From positions 1 through 64,000 of the forward strand of contig OZ025677.1 of the NCBI GenBank assembly GCA_964019335.1: a DNA stretch of 64,000 bases. Direction: 5' to 3'. The notes under the pieces were generated by a model. It made no database searches. It was not told the origin of the DNA and was given only the letters and a program-made list of their open reading frames with translations. The DNA is from Diplonema japonicum. Its lineage: Eukaryota > Protista > Euglenozoa: Diplonemea. Positions 24,194 to 36,000 of this stretch are shown here, in pieces (position 1 is the first letter of the stretch; the number at the start of each line of letters is the position of its first letter). The translations under genes were made by a program, and so were the position numbers.

Positions 24194-24510
24194 CTCGATG
24201 ATTTAAAGGAAGCCGGTGGGGGCACCCTGCACAAGCACCATTTACTTGATTACAGGGGGCGCACCTCGGCCTAGCTGTAGCTTCTTCTGCGTTCCGCGTC
24301 GTGTCCTTAATGCGTGCGGTGTGCAGCTCAACCCCAGCCGGGGCGCCCCGGGTAACCAAGATTCTGAGCCCGTGTAGTTTGCTGCCTGTTCGCCACCCAG
24401 AGCATCTGCTTCTTCCACTTGGGCGCTACCGGTGATGACCGACGAGGAGGTCAACAGCGAACAACACATCTGATGTACTTCTTTATATTTCCATGTTATC
24501 CCCACCACCT
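24194..24510 (-). mobile_element. Non-autonomous ribozyme-headed retroelement, copy 5 (A-type tail)
   Basis: Homologous to copy 2. Confidence 0.9.
24381..24509 (-). ncRNA. HDV-like ribozyme (predicted, intact)
   Basis: Same core as copy 2; P4 is CGCCCA/UGGGUG (two changes that keep pairing) and J4/2 is the canonical GCGAA. Confidence 0.85.
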
Positions 24511-24535
24511 GAGAAAAAAAAAAAAAAAAAGAAAA

Positions 24536-26938
24536 TCACCACCTCCTGATGCTTCTCTTCGTGTTGGTTCCAAGTTCATTCCGCATCTCCACCGCACACT
24601 TTTGCACCGCCTCTTCGACTGTGTATGCTGGCTCATAATTCAATATCCTGTGAGCCTTCTTAATGCAGCACCCGTAGTTAAGCATGGCATTCGTCTGCCC
24701 AGCACGCGATGCCGCTTCAATCCCGATGGACGATCCGTCTACCCACCCATTGGTCAAGAACGAGAGAACGGTCAGTGTGAGCCCAAGGCACCAAAGGAAA
24801 TTGTCGGGTGATGGGAAAGGGTGGTAACCTGGCTGGGCGTAGTTCTTGTAAAACCCGATTGCGAGGTCGGGGTAGGACAGCCTCTGGTTGTTTCCAATGT
24901 TGAAAGCCTCACCAGCTACCTTTGAAGTGTTATCGTTCAAACGCGCCTCCGCCTTCAAATGCCCCAGAACCACATTGTCAACAAAAACCCAATCCAACGT
25001 GGTATTGGGAAACGTCATGGGCAGCAAACGTGTGTTTTGAAACCTCTCCAGATTGGTCCGGTCGTTCTTCCCGAATACTCCGGAACACGGTCGGCAGGAA
25101 ACAGATTTCATCCCGTTTCGGCCGTTTGCCTTCAAAACAATTTGTTCCGCCTCCGCCTTTGTCCACCCGTAGTGAGACGTGCTGTTTTTCTCCGTTACGT
25201 AAGGGAAGTCTTCCTCCACCAAATGCCCAGGGTTCAAAAAGGGCGATGCGTGTACATGCGATGTCGAGGTCGTGATGAGGTTCTTCACATTATTTTCAAC
25301 ACAAGCCTCCACCACATTAATGGTCCCCTTTACGTTAATGTTGTAGCTTAGATCCTTCTGGCAGCTCAGCTCCTCATAAAACCGGATAATCGCAAAGGTA
25401 CTGTACACAGTGTGGACACCTTTCGCTGCAGACATAACATCATCCTTGTTGCAAACGTTTCCTCTTATATATGTTACGTGTGGGTTTCCTTTGAAAGGGT
25501 TGCGCGGTGAAATATCAAACGCTCGGATATCCGTCTCACCCCTCTCGAGAAGAGTTTCCACCAAACGGTGCCCGACAAATCCAACCCCGATGACAAGGTA
25601 CGTGTTCTTTGTTGTTGGGCAGTCTTTCAAGGACTCGACCCATTTTGTTTCGGCGGCCTTGTAAAGGTTTGGGTTGTCTGACCAGTTGTACCCCTTGTCC
25701 TTCGGCATCCATTTGGGGTAGAACAGGATTATTGTCAAAATAAACCCAATAAACCCGCCTCGATAAGCCATGGGGAGGATGACGAGCAGCAGCACGATGG
25801 ACAGGAATTTTGCGGAGAATGCATCGGAGGCGGTTTTACCAGACGAGACCCGCTTTTTGTTAGACGAGGATCCCTCCCAAACTTGTTCGAACAACACACC
25901 GCTGCAAAACCACGCTGTGTATGAGAAAAGGACCAAATTGTGCACTTCCGACCACGAGCTTTCCATGGCGGATGCTGTGAGCTCGGGACCGACGAACGCT
26001 TCCGCGAAGAGAACAACGTGTGCGACACGGAGCGTGAAGGCATATGACACCCACTGCGCGAAGACCAACACGAACCCAATCGTCAAAACAAATAAAACGA
26101 TGAAGTTATTCAAATCGATACGCTGCCGTTCCTCCCTGTCGTTGCAGGGCATTTTTTGAAGCAACCGATTAAGCGCCGAACATGTCCCAACTCCTATAAT
26201 CAACACCCCAGTGTGCGTCATCGAAGCCAACCTTGACAGAACCGAGATATCCGTAGACATCAACGCGGCATCTGGGACCTCAGGCAACACCCCTATAGTG
26301 GAGTGCCTTACAAGAGAGTTCCACAACGGAACGCACCCAAACCGGAAGAACATAAACGACAGGATGTAGAAGAAAACAACACGAGGGAGGTATCTAGCTA
26401 CGACGGCTGATGCGATGCCTTCTTCGTTGGGGTCGAGCGCTGAGAGCGACATTGAGATTCCAATCCAGGTCGACATTGACACAGCGCCAAGAAGACTAAG
26501 AAGGTGCTTGCTGTTGGGAACGTCAATCGGCCAGTACATGGCTTCAGCCATGGATTTTACACCGAAATCGTCGTCATCATAGGTGGCCATGATGGAGAAG
26601 TAGAAGAGGCAGCAGGATAATGCCCAGAATGTCCATCCTAAACACCAGCCGATGATGAATCGGAGGCGTTTTAGAGAGTTTCCCACTACCAAGCCGCATA
26701 GTACGAGTGCGGTGTGCCAGCCTGCTATGGCCATGATGGTCGGCCATCTGTTGATGCTGCTTGCGGCCATGTTTGGTAGGATTTTGTTCTCCTCCAGCCA
26801 GGGGTAGATGAGTTCGTACTTATACTCAACTACGTCAAGCCACACGGCCAGAACGCCTTCTGACAGCCATTGTACCGCGGCGTAGTAGGCAACCGCCAGT
26901 TGCAGTATTACTTGCCATTGGTTCGATAAATTATTCAT
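24536..26938 (-). CDS. Polytopic membrane domain fused to a 3-beta-hydroxysteroid dehydrogenase/NSDHL-like extended SDR
   Basis: IGVGFVG Rossmann motif, INVKGTINVVEAC, TST and YGWTK catalytic motif, DWVFVDNVVLGH; ~400-aa hydrophobic N-terminal half. Confidence 0.85.
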   Translation of the reverse strand: MNNLSNQWQVILQLAVAYYAAVQWLSEGVLAVWLDVVEYKYELIYPWLEENKILPNMAASSINRWPTIMAIAGWHTALVLCGLVVGNSLKRLRFIIGWCLGWTFWALSCCLFYFSIMATYDDDDFGVKSMAEAMYWPIDVPNSKHLLSLLGAVSMSTWIGISMSLSALDPNEEGIASAVVARYLPRVVFFYILSFMFFRFGCVPLWNSLVRHSTIGVLPEVPDAALMSTDISVLSRLASMTHTGVLIIGVGTCSALNRLLQKMPCNDREERQRIDLNNFIVLFVLTIGFVLVFAQWVSYAFTLRVAHVVLFAEAFVGPELTASAMESSWSEVHNLVLFSYTAWFCSGVLFEQVWEGSSSNKKRVSSGKTASDAFSAKFLSIVLLLVILPMAYRGGFIGFILTIILFYPKWMPKDKGYNWSDNPNLYKAAETKWVESLKDCPTTKNTYLVIGVGFVGHRLVETLLERGETDIRAFDISPRNPFKGNPHVTYIRGNVCNKDDVMSAAKGVHTVYSTFAIIRFYEELSCQKDLSYNINVKGTINVVEACVENNVKNLITTSTSHVHASPFLNPGHLVEEDFPYVTEKNSTSHYGWTKAEAEQIVLKANGRNGMKSVSCRPCSGVFGKNDRTNLERFQNTRLLPMTFPNTTLDWVFVDNVVLGHLKAEARLNDNTSKVAGEAFNIGNNQRLSYPDLAIGFYKNYAQPGYHPFPSPDNFLWCLGLTLTVLSFLTNGWVDGSSIGIEAASRAGQTNAMLNYGCCIKKAHRILNYEPAYTVEEAVQKCAVEMRNELGTNTKRSIRRW

Positions 26939-27731
26939 TTTTTTTGCCCCCCTTTTTTTTTGTTGGGCCGGAAGAAAAAAAAAAGAAGAAGAAAAAAATG
27001 GGACAGGGGGGGAAAAAAAAAAAAAAAAGAGGGGGAGTGGGAAAAAAAAAAAATTGGCCATTGTTACTGAGAAAAAGAGAGGGAAAATATAAAAAAAAAA
27101 AACATTGCCAACGGGTTTTCTCCCCCCAGCCCCCCCTCCCCATTTTTGTTTAGGCTAAGTCACAAGACTCGTTCTTTTTTGTAAAATAAAGAAAAAGAGA
27201 AAAGAAGAGAGAGGAAAGCAACTGAGGGGAAGAAAGATATGACAGAAGAAGCAGGTGTGCCCTTTTTTTTTCCTTCTTCCCCTCCCAACTCGTGCAGGGT
27301 AAAAAAGAATAATAATGAAAAAAAGAAAAAAAAGGGGGGTCAAATAAAAAAAATAAAAAAAAGAGGAAAATAAAAAAAAAGGTCCCTAGTCGAGCCTTTT
27401 TTTTTTTGTGGTGTTAAAACTTAGAATAACAAAAGAATATAGAGACAGGGATAGGAAGTTTTTTTTTCGTCTTCTTTTTTTTTTTTTAGTTTGCTTTTTT
27501 TTCTTCTTTTTTTTCCATTAGGGGCAAGGGTAAAATAATATAAAAATAAAAAAATGTGTATGAAAACAGGTGAGACGGAAGGCCTCGTTTTTTCTTATCT
27601 TAAAAAAAAGAAAAAAAAAAGGGGAAAAAAAAAACACACAGACACGATCGCTTTTTTTTTTTTTTTTTTTCCATTTCAGAAAAAAAAAAAAAAAGGGGTG
27701 CTAGGGGGAAGTATGTACAAATGTTCGTTCT

Positions 27732-27762
<31 letters not shown>

Positions 27763-27780
27763 CCCTTCCTTTCAATTATC

Positions 27781-28728
27781 CTAGCAATAATCCCAGTCAC
27801 TGTCAGAACTGTCATAGTCAGAAGAGTCAGTACAGAGCTTGCTACAAGTTGTCTTCGAATCCTCACCTGAGCTTTTTAGTTCGGCTGCAAGGTCAGAAAC
27901 CGTACGTCCTGTCTTGGAGTGGATATACGACACGACAGAGCACCTCCTCACAGGGCTGTAAGAAACAACCTCCTTCCAATCCCCTCTGATAAGAGCTAAG
28001 AGGACCGCATGCTGCCCTTCCAAGGATACTTGAGGAGGCCCCATTTTCGAAGAAGGATGCTTCTCCGTGATCTCACCTCTGATCAACGCGAAAAGAGCTT
28101 TATCTTGATTCATCCGGATAGGCTTTCCCGCTGGAGTATAGTAGGTTTGCTGCTTCTGTGGCTTTGGTGGCTTCTCTGTAATTTCACCTCTAATCAATGA
28201 CAGCAAGGCTTTATCCTGCGGTACTTTCACGGGCTTTCCACTTGTAGATGAATAATAAGTCCTACATTCAAACGTAGTAGCACGTGGTGGTGGCGGGGGT
28301 GGGGCTGAAGGGCGTACTTGTGTAGGAGGAAGGGGAGGAGGAGGAGGAGGACCCCCACGCATCTGAGGCCGCGGCGAACATTTTCTGTCCCATGTCATTA
28401 TCTTCTGGAACCCTGCCATGCGAGGAAGGGGAGGAGGACCCCCACGCATCTGAGGCCACGGCGAACATTTTCTGTCCCATGTCATTATCTTCTGGAACCC
28501 TGCCATGCCCCCCAACCATGTCTCCTCTGTCCTTACCCCCTGCATCACTCCGTCTTTCATCACCACCTTTGTCAGTATCTTCCTTTTCTCCGTCCGTACC
28601 ACCGTGGCCCCCTTGGGTATCTTAGTTGTTCTCTCACCCGTTCTTGAGTTTACATAGTACACCTTCTCCTCCCACTCATCAGATTCCTGCGCTACCTTTT
28701 TGGCGGCCTTTTTGTCTGCGATTGTCAT
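27781..28728 (-). CDS. Proline-rich hypothetical protein with WW-like N-terminal motif and internal repeats
   Basis: WEEKVYYVNSRTGERTTKIP; exact duplication MAGFQKIMTWDRKCSPxPQMRGGPPP x2; ALIRG motif x3. Confidence 0.65.
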   Translation of the reverse strand: MTIADKKAAKKVAQESDEWEEKVYYVNSRTGERTTKIPKGATVVRTEKRKILTKVVMKDGVMQGVRTEETWLGGMAGFQKIMTWDRKCSPWPQMRGGPPPLPRMAGFQKIMTWDRKCSPRPQMRGGPPPPPPLPPTQVRPSAPPPPPPRATTFECRTYYSSTSGKPVKVPQDKALLSLIRGEITEKPPKPQKQQTYYTPAGKPIRMNQDKALFALIRGEITEKHPSSKMGPPQVSLEGQHAVLLALIRGDWKEVVSYSPVRRCSVVSYIHSKTGRTVSDLAAELKSSGEDSKTTCSKLCTDSSDYDSSDSDWDYC

Positions 28729-28812
28729 CTCCCCCCCCCTTTTTTTTTTTCTCTCTTTTTTTTTGTATAACTGAGCGGAGTACTTTTCTTTTGTTGTAAA
28801 TAAAAGTACAAA

Positions 28813-28848
<36 letters not shown>

Positions 28849-29160
28849 CCCCCTTTTTCCCACCGGTGAGATACAGTCCACAGTAAGATGGCTCTAATAG
28901 GACGCCTCGGTATCTCAGCTTCGGACATATCTCCGCCAAGTGCTGTCCTCTTCAGGCGAGAGGCACCGCAACGGCTCCTCGGGAAAAAACAAATGAAAAC
29001 AAAAAAAAAAAAAAAAAAAAAAAAAACAAAAAAAAAAAAAAAGAAGAAACCAGCGCGTTTTTTTTTTTTTTTTTAACGTGAATCACCCTGACAAAAAAAG
29101 GTTAGGGAGAAAGGTCTTTGGATTCACAACAACGAAAGACAACGCCCACACAACACAATT

Positions 29161-31047
29161 TCACATTCCTGTAGACAAAAAACCCTTCGCACACGTCAAG
29201 AGCTTAAGCTTCGATTTTAATTTATCTGGGCTGAACGAGACCTTAGCATGTGGCAGGGTCAGCGTCAATGTACTAAGCAGGATCTTTGAGAAAGAAGCCG
29301 TGTGCACACCAGGACGAACGGTGTAGGAAAAAGCAAGCTGCGACAACAAAAACACAGAAGGGAGGAACATAAGATGCGTTTTGTAAAGAGACCGCCTCTG
29401 GTTGGTTCGGAGAGACACCCCCAACGCACAGCGCTCCAACGAAAGACGAGAATGCTCTAACGCCTCATAACAAAGCGCATCCACCATACGCAGGATTTGC
29501 CTCTGACAAGGCGGTAACACAGCTGTCCTCATATCAGCAGACGGGCCAACTTTCTCCACCTTTATCACCATCTCGAGCATCTTACTGTGAATATCCACAT
29601 ATTCGTCCCATATATTATGCAACTCCCCGCCTTCCTCCCCAACAACATCCACGTCAACACCTATACCTGACAGTGTCTTAGCCAACGAGAAAACATCATG
29701 AGGTAGTGTTCTTCCCATATCATCATGTGTTTTCGCCTTTCCAATGTGCACCCTGTCGTGGCACAGGATAACTTTGTTCGATGATAAAAACACTTGAAGT
29801 TCTTCCATACGTCGCTGTGCAGGGGTGGAGAGGCTCTCAGGGCTGTACAACCCGTGGGGAGGGTATCTTTCAACCCAAGAATGAAGCTTCGGGAAACATT
29901 TCTCCATGAATCCCGGTTCAACAATGAGTTCAACTATCGCTGCTGAGGTGAGTAACGCTGCGTGGCGAATCTCTTTCGGGGTTGGAGGTGTTTTGCTGGT
30001 AGGGTACGATGGGTTCCAGTTGTACTTCCCATGCATGATGTGGCCACGGAGGCCGGGGCCGTCTTCCGAGAGGAATAAATCTTTTAAAATAGCAGAGCAT
30101 GGAGCACCTATAGCGGTGGTGACGGGTTCTTCATGTAGCATGACAGCGTGTTCGTGTCGTTGACCATGGCCATCTAGCGTCGCGAAGTATTCGCCAGGTC
30201 GTGTCACTAAGCTTTTAAAATCGTTCATAGCAAGGCAGTACCAGCACCTCACGGTCATCTCCAGGAGGGGTACGATTCTGACTAGCGTTGCTTCGCCGTG
30301 GGAATTCGCGGATAACACCGCGTTCTTCATGTCGTTGAACCTGTTCTTCGGAAGGAATCGACAATCGGACTCCATCATCGCTTCGCACCCTGATAGAAAC
30401 TCCTCAATAGGAAAGTTCGTTGTACCCCCTTCAAAATACTCGCTTATATTTTTTAGTGGGTCGAGCAACAGTGACGGGCTAACTAGCTTAACAGTCATGG
30501 GGGTGATCGATTGGTGAAGACGAAGGCACAGAACAACGAGAAGTTTTGTGTAAGGCAGTGGGACAGGGTGGAGGTATCCGTGAGTGATGACATTTCTTAG
30601 GTTTAACCCCAACGGCAGCATGGTGCAGCGGAGTATAGTTAGGAAGCCTTTTGGGAGTTTTTCTTCGGTTAAAGGGTCGATGAGGTACTCGGAGAACATA
30701 AGGCCTTCTTTTCGGGCGAGCACGCCGAGAGTTCTTTCGATGTTTCCGCTTACTAGGTTGCACAGAACGTTCGCCTCGTTCGGGAGTCGTCTTACCCCTT
30801 CTGCAATGGCATCCTTGAACAGCAGGCCATCGCATTTTTCAACAACTGTCGCCATACTCCATGTTTCCCATTCTTTCTCCGCTGTGACCGCCAGCTCCTT
30901 GGCGCTCATGTTCCAGCCGGCAGAGTCTTCGATGTGCCCTATATTGATGTGCAGGCCATGTTCATGCACAGGAGCTACACCGTCTAAGGATAATACCTCC
31001 TGAGCCTCGTGGGAAAGGCCCGTGGACTCGGAAAAAAAATCTTTCAT
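29161..31047 (-). CDS. ERMARD/C6orf70-like (DUF4209) protein
   Basis: IERTLG, GLNLRNVITHGY and GPGLRGHIMHG motifs match the ERMARD family pattern. Confidence 0.75.
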   Translation of the reverse strand: MKDFFSESTGLSHEAQEVLSLDGVAPVHEHGLHINIGHIEDSAGWNMSAKELAVTAEKEWETWSMATVVEKCDGLLFKDAIAEGVRRLPNEANVLCNLVSGNIERTLGVLARKEGLMFSEYLIDPLTEEKLPKGFLTILRCTMLPLGLNLRNVITHGYLHPVPLPYTKLLVVLCLRLHQSITPMTVKLVSPSLLLDPLKNISEYFEGGTTNFPIEEFLSGCEAMMESDCRFLPKNRFNDMKNAVLSANSHGEATLVRIVPLLEMTVRCWYCLAMNDFKSLVTRPGEYFATLDGHGQRHEHAVMLHEEPVTTAIGAPCSAILKDLFLSEDGPGLRGHIMHGKYNWNPSYPTSKTPPTPKEIRHAALLTSAAIVELIVEPGFMEKCFPKLHSWVERYPPHGLYSPESLSTPAQRRMEELQVFLSSNKVILCHDRVHIGKAKTHDDMGRTLPHDVFSLAKTLSGIGVDVDVVGEEGGELHNIWDEYVDIHSKMLEMVIKVEKVGPSADMRTAVLPPCQRQILRMVDALCYEALEHSRLSLERCALGVSLRTNQRRSLYKTHLMFLPSVFLLSQLAFSYTVRPGVHTASFSKILLSTLTLTLPHAKVSFSPDKLKSKLKLLTCAKGFLSTGM

Positions 31048-31630
31048 TTTTTTTTTTTTTTTTTCCTGGAGGAAATACAATTTTGTACAGAATGTTAAAA
31101 AAAAAAAAGATTTTTTAAAAATGAAAAGAATGAAATATGAGAAAGAAAAAAAGGGGGGGGGTCGGTTTTCCAGCATTTGTTTTTTTTTTTTTGTTTTATT
31201 CAAACGGTATAAAATCCCGGGAGCAAAATACAAAAAAGAAAAAAAGAAAAAGAAAAGGGAAAAAAAAAAAAGAAAAGGGTGAAATGGAATAAAATGAAAG
31301 AACCAGATATAAGAAGTGACGGGGAGGGGAGGAAGAGAAAAAACAACAATCAAAAAAGAAACTATTTCCTTCTTTAACCCCATAAAAAAAAAGGGGGTCA
31401 TGCAAACTAGTAGTCCTTTTTTTCTTTTTTTTCTTTTTTTTTAAGAACAGAAAAAGAAGTTTTGCAGAGAAAGAGGATCTAGCTGTTGCTTTCAAGCAAA
31501 GAAGTAGAAACCTAAGACTTTAAAATTTCTTTCTTTTTTTTTTTTTTTTTCAGTTGATCAGAAGGGAAAAGGCAGGATGGGTGCATAGGGATTTAAAAAT
31601 TTTTTTTTTCTTTCATAAATTTTCGTTCGT

Positions 31631-31665
<35 letters not shown>

Positions 31666-32133
31666 GTAAAAAAAGAAACCAAACACCAGCAACACAAAAG
31701 AGCGAGCTATCCTCTCAGAAAAACGAACACACAAATAGTCAATTCAAAATAAAATAAACCGTTTTTTCTTTCAGGCTGCTGTGGGCCGTTCTCTCCTCGG
31801 ACTATCTAGACGATAGCCAGGTATCTGTGGTTAAGCGAAAAATTGACTATTTTAAGAGGGAGGGAGAGGGGATACAGGACAGTAAAAGCAAAAACACCGT
31901 AGCAGGGGTTTTAAATGAGAGGCATGAACAAGGTGCTTGATACAAAAGAATGAAATGGGCCTTTCAAACTTATATGGAACACTCTTGTAGAAATGGATGA
32001 ATCTTTTAGTAGACCTTCTTTTTTTTTCTTTTTTTTTTTTCTTCTTTATTCTGTTTTGTTTGCGCACTTGCGGAGCTCTATAGCTGCGGCCCGGAGGAGG
32101 TTCGGGTTAATCTCTCAAAAGGAAAAAAAAAAA

Positions 32134-32176
32134 GATGTCTTTGAAGGGAACCTGCAGTATGTGACAGGATCGCCTA
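32134..32176 (-). mobile_element. Solo LINE-B 3' tail
   Basis: Identical to 17352-17394; lies between A-runs. Confidence 0.85.
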
Positions 32177-33071
32177 GAAAAAAAAAAAAGAAAAGAAATT
32201 GTAGAAAATAAACAGTTAAAAAATAATAATTCTGAACTTGAACTTGATCGCCCTCTTATTTCTTTTTTTATTTCCCCCTCCCCCCCGCTCAAAGGACTAC
32301 AAGTTCTAGATTGACATTTAATTTATTTATTTTTTTGAATTTCTTTTTCCTTTTTTTTGCTCAAATAAAGATAGAGAAATGCTGCTTGTTTACGTTCGTG
32401 CGAAAGAGGGGGGGGGGGGGGGGGAGAAGAACAAGAAGGGGGGGGGAAGAAAAGAGAGCAAAGCCATGGTCTAAGCCACGTATTTTAGGCTTCACTGTTA
32501 CTTCAGCACAAGCATCCAAGAAAAAGCGATACAAGTAGTGCTTTTTTTCAGAAGCACTTATGGGGGGGGGACCAGTGGGGTTCGTCAGGCGATGATATTG
32601 AGATATTAGTAAAAAATAGGAGAAAGAAAAGAAAAAAAAAAATGAAATGAAACCATCTAGTAGGGCCTAGGTGTCCTTTGTGGGCAATCTCCAGCAGAGC
32701 AGTGGAGAGTAATCATTTCTGGCCGGTTGGGGCATTCAAAAGAAGAAAAGAACGAAAGCACAACGAGTACAATATGCAATCATACTCTGTGTTTAAGAAT
32801 ACCGTGTTTTTGTTCTTCTTTTTTTTTTTGTCCCCCTCTTCTTCCATGTATGCCCATGAGGCATTGTGAAGGCCTTAGTTTCTTGCTTCTAAGGTATACG
32901 TTTCTTTCTTCAAAACAGCGCAGGGAATTGACTCGTTCCACTCGTGTTGCCGGGAACACCAGTGGTACGAATAAATTCTGTTAACTTCGGTGTGCGGTGC
33001 TCACCGTTATAGAAAAAAAAAATATATGAGTTAAAGGAAGTCTTTGTGAGACGCCCCCTTGTTCTCATGCT

Positions 33072-36000
33072 CTACCTGCACCTATCCCCCTTCAGCAGCG
33101 GTTTCTCCTTCTTCGGTGGTCGTGCCGGCCTCCTCCCCAGCTTGGCTACTTTTTCCCTTCTTTCCTTTGCCCATTGCTTCCCCAGCTCCTCCAGGTCGTA
33201 CTTGGTCTTCGTTGATGCAAAGATTGCTCTTCTACTCCACCCGATCGCCGCCTTCGTCCCTCCGATTGATCGCAGCGTATGTACTCTCTTGCATGGTTCA
33301 GCAGGGAAGGCCCTCCTTCCTTTCACCTTCTTCTGCAGTCTCCCTAGTTCCCATGTGTTCCACACCTTCTTCATCACCGTGTGCAGTCTCCTGGCCTTCT
33401 GTCGCACCTCTGCCAACTCCCCTAGCTTCCCTCCAAGGGATTTCTGGGTCACGTTTTCGAAATCCAGCGCCAGCTCCACCGTCGACACTGCCGTGCTTCT
33501 GTTCCCTCCATACCAGCGCAGCTGCTTGAGCCATTTCAGCACCGGTTTCGTGTACTCCTTCAGGGTGTTGCCGGTCTGCAGCCTCGCGAACTCCTCCTCT
33601 GTTGGTGCTGGGTGTGCCTCCCCCTCCGTGATCTCCAGCCATTGGTGTGTCCGGTAGATCTGCTGCCTCTTTGCCTGCAAGGCTGCGTCGCGTTCCCCCA
33701 CCACAGCCAGCAGGTAACGCTGGGTCTTCTCGAGCCTGTCCTTGTCCTCCTTGGCCGCTTCCCTCGGGAGGATGCCATGGAGCCTCATGCACGGTTCTAG
33801 GCCTGTTCGTGTCGTGCCTGCATGTGCCTCCCGTTGCCCTACTTCGACAGCCAGTTCGCACTCCCACAGTGCATGCTCCAGGATGTTGGATATCTGTTGC
33901 ATCTGACCGCATACGTCGCAGCGTGCCGTTGCGGGTTCGTCCTGCTGCCTCTGCTCCGCCAGCAGCATGCGCTCCAGCTCCGCGACTTCCCCTTCTCCTC
34001 CCGCCTCTCTTTCTTCTTCGTCTTCTGAGTCGTCTCGGGAATCTTCTTCGTCCACCTCATCCTCCGTCGGTGGGATGTGTGCCACTGCGTCCGTCCGCCA
34101 TCCCCGTGGGTGGATGTAGAAAACCGCGCCTGTGATCACCCTGCGTAGGTTCCTTGCTGCGATGGGGTCCGACGACGCCAGCTTCCCCCATAGCTCGTTT
34201 GTCTCGACAGCGGCTGCCGTCGCCATTCCTTTCATGGAGCTCCGTTTTCCCATGATGGCCTCCGCTTCACCACGCCTGAGCTTGTCTCTGATGTAGTGTC
34301 GGAACCGCTCCTTCTCCATGGCCATGGTGTCCTTCAGCTGGTCCCAGGTTGCTTGCACCATGGGTAGCCACCTCTGCTTCAGGTTTCCCACCAGGCCCAG
34401 CGCCTTCTTCCCTTCCCGGTACAGCTTTGCGATGTCGTTGCAGCGTGCCCACAGTTGGTCGTCCTTCCTGCATGCCCTGTACATGAGCATCAGTGCTTTG
34501 TAGGCTGCTGTCATCTTCGGGTGGTGTGTGTGCCCTGGTAGTGTCACGGAGAGTACTGCGCCGGGGCTCCGCGTGCGATACCTCTGGCCCCACAGCGTGT
34601 ATGTCGTCTCCATCACCAGGAGTTCCATCATCCCCGTCCTTGGCGGTGAGAAGGGGGCGTCGTACAGGCAGCTTGGCAGCAGTGTGGAGCTGATGATCCG
34701 CGCCTTCTGCTGGAAGGACAGCGGGGTCGCCCCCAGCCTGCTCAACGTCTTCATCGCTTCCTTGGCCCTGTCGTTGTTGTATTGCTGCTGGCCGTCCGTC
34801 CGCAGCTTGGCTCCCAGCACCTCCACTGTCCGCACTGCCTGCAGCACTTCACCGTCCACCTTCACTTCCGGTGCCTTGGCGCCTGTCGTAAAGGTTTTGG
34901 TTTTCTTTACGTTTAGCTTCATGCCAACCATTTTGCAGAAGTCCTCCACCGCCTCCACCCCCTTCTGCAGTGCTGCCGCGAGTTGTGACAGAAGGTACGC
35001 GTCGTCAGCGTATGACAGCGAGCGGACCCCCGTGCCGTCCTCCACCTGTTTCATCAGCACTGCCAGTAACGCGTTGATGAGTACCACAGATATGGGGCAC
35101 CCTTGTAGGATTCCATTTGTCGTGTGGAACTCCTCTCCAACGCCCGTGGCGTACCTGAAACGTCTCCGCATGCCCGCGTACATCCCCTTCAGCGCCCTTA
35201 GAATGCCCGTCTCCATGCCCATGTCCTCCACCAGCTCCATCACTAGTTGCTGCGGTACGCTGTCGAAACACTTCGCAAAGTCAAGTGCCACCCCGACCAG
35301 CGGTTTCCCTTCGAGTAGAGATTCCTCGATGTCCAGGGCGAGGTCCATTAGCGCGTCCTCTGTCCCGAAGCCTGTGCGGAATCCGTACTGCTTGTCGTGT
35401 ACCCACTTCTCCTGCCAGAGAAGGATGTCTGCCAGTCGCGTGCATGCCCAAAGTCTGTACACCGCTGATGTCACCGTGATGGGTCTGTGCTCCAGCGGTC
35501 CCGCGTCGTCGCATTTTGGTACGAGTGTGACCAGCGCCGTCTTCACGGCCTCTGGCCATCTCCCGGTTGCTTCGATCGCTTGGAAGAGCTGAGCCCAGGC
35601 GTCCAACACCGACTCTGGTAGTTTGCGTAGCTCCAGCATCCTCCACCCGTCGATGCCTGCTGCGCTTCTCTTGCTCTTCCTTGCGAGTACCTCTCTCAGC
35701 CTCGCTCCCGTGAGCTGCGTCTTCGTCATCTCATGCCGTTGTATAAACTTGCCATACTTTGCCTTGAAGGGGGCGAAGGGGGGTTCCGGCTTGTTTTCGT
35801 ACTTCGAGAAGACGCTCTTCCAGGCTTTGCGCATGACTGCGTCGATCTTCGCAGGGTCTGCCACTAGTAACTTACCATCCTTGACTGCCCTGGTCCCATC
35901 GCTCTGGCGTTTTCCTCTTGCTACTGTCACCAGCTTGGCCGTTTCTCTTCCCGATGCCACCTCAGCCAGGTATTCCCGTCTTCGCGTCGTGTTCGACTCG

